Assembly (NCBI GenBank): GCA_965200125.1
Contig: OZ241332.1
Location: 2,627,260-2,691,259 of the forward strand
Direction: 5' to 3'
From: an uncultured Candidatus Binatia bacterium
Lineage (GTDB): Bacteria > Desulfobacterota > Binatia > Bin18
Length of the DNA: 64,000 nt
Below the pieces are notes generated by a model. It was given only the letters and a program-made list of their open reading frames with translations, did not search any database and had not been told where the DNA came from. The translations under genes and the position numbers were made by a program. Shown piece by piece: positions 56,661-64,000 of the stretch (positions are counted from its first letter, which is position 1; every line of letters starts with the position of its first letter).

Positions 56661-57800
56661 CTACGCCGACGCCTGTACCTGCCCGGCCGCGGCGGTCACC
56701 GCGACCTGCCCTTCGGGCAACGCGAACGCCGGATCGTTCTGCAACACCGGCAGAACCTTCTCCGCGAACAGGTCGAAACTCCGGTTCAGCTTCGGCGCGG
56801 GCAGGCCGCCGAAGGCGAACGTCCCCACCATGTGTTCCAGCGGCACGGTCTCGTGAATGGCGCGGATCTTTTCCAGCACCTGGTCGGGCGTGCCCGAAGC
56901 GTGCAGGCTGCGGAAGAACTCGACCGCCTTGGCCTTGGCCTCGGCGTCCGCGTTCAGCTTCGAGAACGTCTTGGCCATCTTGCCGTAGAACTCGTAGCCC
57001 TTGACGTTCTTCAGCCGGCCCGTCGAAAACCCGTAGTGGTTCTCGATCGAGTCGAACAACGTCCCCATGTACCGCTGGGCCAAGTCCTCGGCCTCCTGCG
57101 CGTCGTCGGACACCAGCACGTTGAACAGCCCGATCGGCGGCCGCGGCGCGATGCCGCTGGCCTGCGCGGTGGCGACGTAGCGCCGGTAGTCGGCCGCGGT
57201 GTCCTCCCAACTCCGCTGGGCGATGATGAGCACCCCGAAGCCCATCTTCGCCATGATCTCGGCCGACTCCGGGCTGACCGACGAGGCGTAGAAGCGCGTC
57301 TCCGGGTGAGAGATGGGCCGCGGGCGGATCTGGATGTCGGGAATCCGATAATACTTGCCCTCGTAAGAGAAGCTCTCCTGCGTCAGCCCGCGGCGGATGA
57401 TGTCCGCGCATTCGACGAACCGCTCGCGCGACTCGTCCATCGGAATCCGAAAGCCGGCATACTCGACCGTCGCCGCGCCGCGGCCGAAGCCGAAGATCGT
57501 CCGCCCGCCGGACACCAAGTCGAGCAGCGCGATCTTCTCCGCGACCTCGACCGGGTCGTGCCAGGGCAGGACGATGACCGCGGTGCCGAGTTGGATCTTC
57601 CTGGTCCGCCCGGCCATGTATGACAACAATTGGCAGGGGTCGGGCGACATGACGTAGCCCGTGAAGTGGTGATCCAGGCTCCACAGCGAATCGAACCCAT
57701 AGTCTTCCGCCTTATCGGCGACCGACAGTTCCTCCTGATACGTCTGCAGATCCGGCTTCCCGTCGAAGCTGGTCAACTGCATGATGGTGCCGACTTTCAT
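56661..57800 (-). CDS. LLM-class flavin-dependent monooxygenase
   Basis: SLWSLDHHFTGY..SPDP, LPWHDP..VAEKIALLD..SGGR..FGFGRG; GGAGGAG RBS. Confidence 0.92.
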   Translation of the reverse strand: MKVGTIMQLTSFDGKPDLQTYQEELSVADKAEDYGFDSLWSLDHHFTGYVMSPDPCQLLSYMAGRTRKIQLGTAVIVLPWHDPVEVAEKIALLDLVSGGRTIFGFGRGAATVEYAGFRIPMDESRERFVECADIIRRGLTQESFSYEGKYYRIPDIQIRPRPISHPETRFYASSVSPESAEIMAKMGFGVLIIAQRSWEDTAADYRRYVATAQASGIAPRPPIGLFNVLVSDDAQEAEDLAQRYMGTLFDSIENHYGFSTGRLKNVKGYEFYGKMAKTFSKLNADAEAKAKAVEFFRSLHASGTPDQVLEKIRAIHETVPLEHMVGTFAFGGLPAPKLNRSFDLFAEKVLPVLQNDPAFALPEGQVAVTAAAGQVQASA

Positions 57801-58087
57801 GGTGCGCTCCTCCTTTTTCGCTTCTGCCTTTCTGGCCGTGAAACAGGCGTGCACTATACGCGCCCCGCGGCGGGCGGGGAAAGAGAAACCCGGTTCGGGT
57901 CGTATCGCGGTTTTCGATTTCCGGGCTCATTGGGAGCACTACATATAAGAGGATTCCGCGCCCATGTCGAAGGGGCGGGGTGCGAAGGCCGAGGTGACGT
58001 CGGGGTTCGTTTCGACCCTTCGACAGGTCCAAGGGTGTCGAAACGGGCACCCCGTCTTCCCGCTACTCGCTCGTCCTCTATGTCAGG

Positions 58088-59929
58088 TCATTTCCCGCGG
58101 CGTTGCAGCATCGCCCGGACCTCGTTCCGGTTGGTGCGGATGTCCGCCCGTGTCGGGTCCAGGGCCAACGCCCGTTCCAGATGTTCGAGTGCCTCGTCGA
58201 GTCGGCCCAGGTGATACAGCGCGGTGCCGACGCCGCGGTGGGCGCTCGGGTTGCGGGGATCGATCTCGACGAGACGGCGGTACAGGTCGAGCGCGGCGTC
58301 GTAGCGGTGCCACATGACCTCCGCCGCGGCCAGATTCTGCAGGGCATGTGTCGAGTGCGGGTCGCGTTCCACGGCGTGCCGCAACGGTGCCTCGGCCTCG
58401 TCGAGCCGCTCCAGCATGATGAGCGTGGCCCCGACGTTGGTGTGGCCTCGGGCGTCGTCCGGGGCATGCTCCGTGGCGATGCGGAAGGCGGCGAGCGCCT
58501 CTTCCCAGCGTCCTGTCTTGGTCAGGGCTTCGCCCAGGTTGAGATGCGCTTCCCGCGCTGTGGGATTGTGCGCGATGACGTGACCGAAGAACGTCACGCC
58601 GTCCCGGTAGAGACCCGCCTGTCTCCACGTCAGCGTTCCCAGGACGAGGAGTACGACCGCGGCGACGCCCGCCGCGGCTTTTCGCCACCCTTCCGGCAAC
58701 TTCCCCGTCCCGTACGTCGCGGTGCCGACGACCACCGCGATCACCCCGATGCCTGCCAAGTATTGGTACCGATCCGCCACGAACGAGAACTGCATGTAGC
58801 CGAAGTCCACGAAGCCGAGCACCGGCGCCAGTGTCACCGCGAAGAACAGCACACCTGCCAGCGGACCCCGACCGATGCGGTCCCGAAGCAACCAGAGCCC
58901 CGCGGCGACTACTATTGCAGCCACCAGAGAGCCCCACGCCCACGGGTCCGCGGCGCCGACCTCCCAATGCGGATAGATGACGGCCAACCCCGTCGGCCAC
59001 AACAGTTTCCCCAGGTAGAACCACAGGGCGCGCGCCGCGATCAACGTCCGCTCGACCATCGAATAGTCGAAGGAAACGGGTTCCCTGGAGGCGGCGAACG
59101 CCACGTCCAGCGCCGCGGCGACCAGCCCCACCGCGAAGAACGGCGCCAGCCGGAGCAGGTCGGCGCCCGTTGTTCCTGCGAGAGCCCCACGCTCCCCATC
59201 CGAGGGCTCCTGCCCCCGTCTCCACCAGTGCCAGATCAGCAGGGCCGCGGGCAGGGTGACGACGATGGACTTGCTGAGCAGCCCGAGCATGAACAGGGCG
59301 AGCGCCGAGCCATAGCGTCTCGTGCGGCCCTTCGCCTTCGGGTCGTCCACGAAGCGGACCCACGCCGAAAACGCGGCCAGATAGCAGAGCCCCGACAGGA
59401 CGTCCTTGCGCTCCATGACCCAGGCGACGGATTCCACGTGCAGGGGATGAACGGCGAACACCGCGGCGATCGTCCATGCGCCGGGGACGGCCAGCCGTGC
59501 GAGCAGGCGCCACAGCAGCAGCGTGTTGGCCAAGTGCAGCAGGACGTTGACGACGTGATAGCCGGCCGGGGCGTAGCCCCACAGCTTATGCTCCAGCCAG
59601 AGGGTCGTGTACACGAGCGGCCAGTAATGCGCCTCGTTCCTGATCTCCGCGGGCGAGAACCAGATGCGCCACAGACCGGACCACTCCCGAACCGCGGGTG
59701 CCTCGGTAAAGATTCGGTCGTCCCAGACGAAGCCGGCGAAGAACGCCGGAACGTAGCTGCCGATCACCAGCAGGCCGAGCGCCGGCGCCGCGAGGGCGTA
59801 CCCGCGGACGGGCTCATGCTCCGCTGCCGTCCGCGGGGCCATGTCCTCCCGCGGCGGAGACTTCGACGGCGGAGCCGATTCCCCGCGGCGTCCCTTCCGC
59901 TGCCTTTTCCCCCTGCTCGCCCTGCCCAT
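58088..59929 (-). CDS. TMTC-like membrane glycosyltransferase (GT-C) with C-terminal TPRs
   Basis: FVWDD, HPLHVESVAWVMERKDVL, ADRYQYL, multi-TM N-terminal half, several TPRs. Confidence 0.82.
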   Translation of the reverse strand: MGRASRGKRQRKGRRGESAPPSKSPPREDMAPRTAAEHEPVRGYALAAPALGLLVIGSYVPAFFAGFVWDDRIFTEAPAVREWSGLWRIWFSPAEIRNEAHYWPLVYTTLWLEHKLWGYAPAGYHVVNVLLHLANTLLLWRLLARLAVPGAWTIAAVFAVHPLHVESVAWVMERKDVLSGLCYLAAFSAWVRFVDDPKAKGRTRRYGSALALFMLGLLSKSIVVTLPAALLIWHWWRRGQEPSDGERGALAGTTGADLLRLAPFFAVGLVAAALDVAFAASREPVSFDYSMVERTLIAARALWFYLGKLLWPTGLAVIYPHWEVGAADPWAWGSLVAAIVVAAGLWLLRDRIGRGPLAGVLFFAVTLAPVLGFVDFGYMQFSFVADRYQYLAGIGVIAVVVGTATYGTGKLPEGWRKAAAGVAAVVLLVLGTLTWRQAGLYRDGVTFFGHVIAHNPTAREAHLNLGEALTKTGRWEEALAAFRIATEHAPDDARGHTNVGATLIMLERLDEAEAPLRHAVERDPHSTHALQNLAAAEVMWHRYDAALDLYRRLVEIDPRNPSAHRGVGTALYHLGRLDEALEHLERALALDPTRADIRTNRNEVRAMLQRRGK

Positions 59930-59950
59930 ACGTGCGCCTCGTGTGCGCGG

Positions 59951-62083
59951 CTAGGGATCGCTCGGCTGGAGGTTTTGCCGCATGGCGTCGCGGTTGGCGC
60001 GCGCCTCCTCCAGCGTCGGGTCGAGAGCCAACGCGCGGTCGAGGCTCGCCAACGCGTCTTCGACTCTGTCCAGATAATACAGGGCGACGCCCATGCCGGA
60101 GTAGGCTTCCGCGTGGTCGGGATTCATCTCGACGAGGCGGCGGTAGAGGGCGAGCGCCTCATCGTACCGCTGCCGCCGAAGCTGTAACAGGGCCAGGTTC
60201 TGGAGGGCGGGCGTATAGGCCGGATCGATCTGCAGGACGTAGCGCAAGTGCTTCTCCGCCTCGTCGAGTCGTCCCCGTTCCATGTGCGCGAGCCCGGCAT
60301 CGGCATGCGTCCTGACCTGCGGCATCAGTTCGCGGTTGACCAGCGCCTCCGCATACGTCGGGTCCAGGGCCAACGCCCGGTCGACGCTCTGCAGCGCCTC
60401 GTCCGTCCTGCCCAGATAATGCAGCGCGACCCCCATACCGGAGTGCCCCCCCACGTGGCGGGGGTCGATGTCGAGCAGCCGCCCGTAGATGTCCAGCGCC
60501 TCTTCGTGACGCTGCTGTCTGATCCGCACCAGAGCGAGATTCTGGAGAGAAACCGTGTGGCGGGGATCCATTTTCAGCGCGTATCGCAGGCACTCCGCGG
60601 CCTCGTCGAGCCGGTTCAGGTCCATGAGCGCGCGGCCCGTATTGGAATGCGCGTCCACGCTGTCCGGCCGTTGGGCCGTGGCGATGCGGAAGGCCGCGAG
60701 CGCCTCCTCCGGGCGCTGCGCGGTAATCAGCGCATTGCCGAGATTGTATTGCGCGCTCCGCGCCGTCGGGTTGTGCGCCAGGATATGCGTGTAGAACGTC
60801 ACGTTGTCCCGATAGATGCCGGCCTGCCGCCACGTCAGCGTCCCCAAAACCAGCAGCACGACGGCGACGGTTCCCGCGGCGCCCCATTGCATCCTCCCTG
60901 GCAGTCGGCCTCCCCAGTATGCGGCCGAACCGACGACCACCGCGATCACGCCGATACCGGCCAGGTATTGGTAACGGTCCGCTACGAACGAGAACTGCAT
61001 GTAGCCGAAATCCACGAAGCCGAGCACCGGCGACAGCGTCACGGCGAAGAACAGCGCGCCGGCCAGCGGCCCCCGGCCGACCCGACCCTGCAGGAACCAG
61101 AGCGCCGCGGCCGCGGCTAAGGCTGCAACGAAGTAGCCCCATGCCAACGGGTCTGCGACGCCGACTTCCCAATGCGGATAGATGACGGCCAGGTCGATCG
61201 GCCACAGGAGCTTGCCGACGTAGAACCACAGGGCGTGCGCCGCGATTTGCACGCGCTCGACCAGTGTGTAATCGAAAGAGATGACTTCCTTGGACCGGTA
61301 GAATGCGGTGTCCGCGGCCGCGATCGCCGCCCCCACGACGAAGAACGGCGCGAGCCGGACCAGATCCGGCCCGGCGACGCGGCCACGCTTCCACCAGTGC
61401 CGAATCAGCAACGCCGCGGGGAGCGTCACCACGACAGACTTGCTCAGCATTCCCAGCCCGAACAACGCCAACGTCAGGACGTAGCGCCTCGTCCGGCCTC
61501 TCGCGTGTGGTGCTTCTCCGAAGCGCACCCACGTCCGGAACGCGGTCAGATAGAACAGGGCCGAGAGGACGTCCTTGCGTTCGAGGACCCAGGCCACGGA
61601 CTCCACGTGCAGGGGATGAACGGCGAACACCGCGGCCACGCCCCACGCGCCGGGGACGGCCAGCCGCAGCAACAGCCGCCACAGCAGGACGGTGTTCACG
61701 GCGTGCAGCAGGACGTTGACGGCGTGATACCCGGTCGGGGCGAAGCCCCACAGTTTATGTTCGAGCCAGAAGGTCGTGTACACGAGCGGCCAGTAATGCC
61801 CCTCCCAGAATTCGAGGTCGCTCGGCGAGAACCAGATGCTCCACAGGCCGCCCGCATCCCGGATGGGCGGTGCCTCGGTAATGACCCGATCGTCCCAGAC
61901 GAACCCGCCCCACAGCATGGCGGGCGCGTAGCTGACGGCGACCAGCACCCCGAGCGCCAGCATCCCTAGAACACGCTCCGCAGCAGAGGACGGTTTCTGC
62001 GTTATGGATCGGGACGATTTTCCCGGCGGTGAAGAAGCAGGGGTCGCTTTTCTGGCCTTCTTTCCTCTGCTCGCCCTGCCCAT
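59951..62083 (-). CDS. TMTC-like membrane glycosyltransferase (GT-C) with C-terminal TPRs (tandem paralogue, longer TPR array)
   Basis: Same motifs as the neighbour; both start MGRASRGK. Confidence 0.82.
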   Translation of the reverse strand: MGRASRGKKARKATPASSPPGKSSRSITQKPSSAAERVLGMLALGVLVAVSYAPAMLWGGFVWDDRVITEAPPIRDAGGLWSIWFSPSDLEFWEGHYWPLVYTTFWLEHKLWGFAPTGYHAVNVLLHAVNTVLLWRLLLRLAVPGAWGVAAVFAVHPLHVESVAWVLERKDVLSALFYLTAFRTWVRFGEAPHARGRTRRYVLTLALFGLGMLSKSVVVTLPAALLIRHWWKRGRVAGPDLVRLAPFFVVGAAIAAADTAFYRSKEVISFDYTLVERVQIAAHALWFYVGKLLWPIDLAVIYPHWEVGVADPLAWGYFVAALAAAAALWFLQGRVGRGPLAGALFFAVTLSPVLGFVDFGYMQFSFVADRYQYLAGIGVIAVVVGSAAYWGGRLPGRMQWGAAGTVAVVLLVLGTLTWRQAGIYRDNVTFYTHILAHNPTARSAQYNLGNALITAQRPEEALAAFRIATAQRPDSVDAHSNTGRALMDLNRLDEAAECLRYALKMDPRHTVSLQNLALVRIRQQRHEEALDIYGRLLDIDPRHVGGHSGMGVALHYLGRTDEALQSVDRALALDPTYAEALVNRELMPQVRTHADAGLAHMERGRLDEAEKHLRYVLQIDPAYTPALQNLALLQLRRQRYDEALALYRRLVEMNPDHAEAYSGMGVALYYLDRVEDALASLDRALALDPTLEEARANRDAMRQNLQPSDP

Positions 62084-62536
62084 GCCGCGCCCTGCTCATT
62101 CCCTATCCAAAACGGTATCGTAGCCTTTTGCCTGACGAAACTATACGTTCTGCCTCGGTTGGAGGATTTTCCTCGTCCTCATTAATTCTGTCGGAGAGAG
62201 AAAACGAAGAAAGGCAAGAACAACAGTACAAATCGGGCATACAGTGGACATAAGAGGCCAAGCACATCGTTGACGGCGACGGGACGGAGGATCCTTCGGC
62301 GAGGAGTCGCAACCCATGCCGAGGGAAACGCGCGTGCCCGCCGGAGTTTAGAGAGGACAGAGGATCGCGGTGGCGATAACAGCCGCCCGTTTACGGCATC
62401 CACAAGCCCCGACCGCACGAAATCGTGCAAACCGATAACCCCGGCCGGCGGCGCTCTATACGGCAGGGGCCCCGATCCGGCGAATTGCGAAACGCCCGCG
62501 AATGGGCGTATATCCCCGGCAACGGGAGGGAACCGT

Positions 62537-63757
62537 ATGCAGAACGGAGTGCTGTCGGGATTGCGGGTCGTGGACTGCGGCACGTATATCGCCGGCCCGG
62601 CGTCCGCGACCATCATGTCGGACTTCGGGGCCGAGGTGTTCAAGATCGAACGCACGCAGGGCGGCGATCTGTATCGCTCGCTGGCGGACCTGCCCGGCTT
62701 CGCCAAGGCGGACGTCAACTGGGGCTGGGTGCTGACCAGCCGCAACAAGAAGAGCGTCGGGCTCGACCTGCGCACCCCGCGGGGCCGCGAGGTGCTGATC
62801 AAGCTGGTTCGCACCGCGGACGTGTTCGTGACCAATTACCAACGCCCGCTGCTCGAAAAGTTCCGCCTGACCTGGGAGGACTTGCAGCCCGAGAACGCGC
62901 GCCTGATCTACGCCCATCTGACGGGCTACGGCGACACGGGCGCCGACGCGGACGCGCCGACGTTCGACGCGCTGGCCTATTGGGCGCGGTCTGGTCTGAT
63001 GATGAGCGTGGTCGGCATGGACGGCACCCCGGGCGGGCCGCGGCCCGGCATGGGCGACCATCCGACCGCGATGTCGCTGTTCGGCGCCATCATGCTGGGG
63101 CTCTATCAACGCGAACGCACCGGCCGCGGCTCCAAGGTCGGCACGTCGCTGATGGCCAGCGGCGCGTGGGCGAACGCCTGCGACCTGCAAGCCAAATTCT
63201 GCCGCGCCGAGTTTCCGCAACGCGGCGCGGACGGCACGCCGGCCAACCCGCTGGCGGCCGGCTACCGCAGCCGCGACGGCAAAGCGTTCCTGGTCGTGTT
63301 GCTCGACCCGGACGTCGAGTTCCCGCGGCTGTGCGCGGCCCTGGGTCAGCCCGAGTTGGCGGACAACCCGCTGTTCGCCACCAATGCGGAGCGCGCGGAC
63401 AACGCCGAAGCCCTGTTCGCGATTCTGCAGGGGCAATTCGAATCGCGCGACCTGGACGACTGGCGGGACCTGTTTCGCGAGGCGGACATCAAGTGGGCGC
63501 CACTGCCCACCCTGGACGAGGTGGTGGAGGATCCGCAGATGCACGCGGCGGGCGCCTTCATCGACATGGACGGCCCGGACCGTGGCCGGCTCACCACCAT
63601 CGACAGCCCGATCTACTCGTCGGCCAGCGAAAAACGGCGGCCAAGCGCGCCGCCCGAGCTGGGCGCGCATACCGGGCAGGTGCTCAAACAACTCGGCTAC
63701 GAGACGGGGGAAATCCGTGCGCTGGCCGAGGCCGGCGTCGTCACGCTGGATCGGTAA
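62537..63757 (+). CDS. CaiB/BaiF family III CoA-transferase
   Basis: LSGLRVVD, IAGP, DFGAEV.KIE, RNKKSVGLDL, PPELGAHT. Confidence 0.93.
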   Translation: MQNGVLSGLRVVDCGTYIAGPASATIMSDFGAEVFKIERTQGGDLYRSLADLPGFAKADVNWGWVLTSRNKKSVGLDLRTPRGREVLIKLVRTADVFVTNYQRPLLEKFRLTWEDLQPENARLIYAHLTGYGDTGADADAPTFDALAYWARSGLMMSVVGMDGTPGGPRPGMGDHPTAMSLFGAIMLGLYQRERTGRGSKVGTSLMASGAWANACDLQAKFCRAEFPQRGADGTPANPLAAGYRSRDGKAFLVVLLDPDVEFPRLCAALGQPELADNPLFATNAERADNAEALFAILQGQFESRDLDDWRDLFREADIKWAPLPTLDEVVEDPQMHAAGAFIDMDGPDRGRLTTIDSPIYSSASEKRRPSAPPELGAHTGQVLKQLGYETGEIRALAEAGVVTLDR

Positions 63758-63777
63758 CGCGAACGGAGGAAAGGGTC

Positions 63778-64000
63778 ATGCAAATCGTGACCAACGATCA
63801 CGTCGTGCGCAGCTTCGACCGCGCCCATCCGCCCGCGGCGCGGGTCCGGCCCGGGGAAGTCTTCGTGATGCAGACCAACGACCGCTTCCGCGACTGGACC
63901 GATGGGGCGACGTGGCCGGTCGAACAATTGTCGATGATGACCGGACCGGTCTTCGTCGAGGACACCGAGCCCGGCGATACACTGGCAGTCGACGTGCTGG
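63778..64000 (+). CDS. Acetamidase/formamidase family protein, N-terminal part (runs off the right edge)
   Basis: Not in the track. MQIVTNDHVVRSFDRAHPPAARVRPGE...MTGPVFVEDTEPGDTLAVDVL; GGAGG RBS. Confidence 0.8.
   Translation, partial: MQIVTNDHVVRSFDRAHPPAARVRPGEVFVMQTNDRFRDWTDGATWPVEQLSMMTGPVFVEDTEPGDTLAVDVL

Noticed and set aside
62100-62530. Short ORFs in the lower-GC gap between the TMTC-like genes and the CoA-transferase
   Set aside because: No convincing RBS or motif; more likely a divergent promoter region or an unrecognisable relic

Overview
High-GC bacterial chromosome segment, probably from a Gram-negative heterotroph (five TonB-dependent receptors, three luciferase-like monooxygenases); the taxon cannot be fixed from sequence alone. 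The left edge (1-~1900) is a lower-GC island fragment. It encodes a PAPS-reductase/PP-loop protein coupled to a cysteine desulfurase that the ORF track missed, resembling DNA-phosphorothioation (Dnd/Ssp-like) machinery. Next come a RelE/HTH toxin-antitoxin pair, tRNA-Sec and a convergent selA whose TGA stop is exactly the antisense of the tRNA anticodon. Core and catabolic genes follow: glmU, glmS, hflKC, catechol 2,3-dioxygenase, Co-type nitrile hydratase, murJ, a PaoABC-like molybdo-flavoenzyme and a CoA ligase and transferase. Accessory features include a secreted S1 protease with a free propeptide paralogue, a decayed R-M locus, TA relics, five tandem TonB-dependent receptors and two TMTC-like glycosyltransferase-TPR genes. 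The most unusual signal is non-coding. Intergenic hairpins carry a nearly invariant 11-nt loop (TCGACARGCTC) on freely co-varying stems. They occur as 24-nt modules inserted at a fixed site into themselves and into other palindromic repeats, with filled and empty paralogous sites both visible, and they also form a 7-unit tandem array. All calls come from motif reading; no database searches were run.
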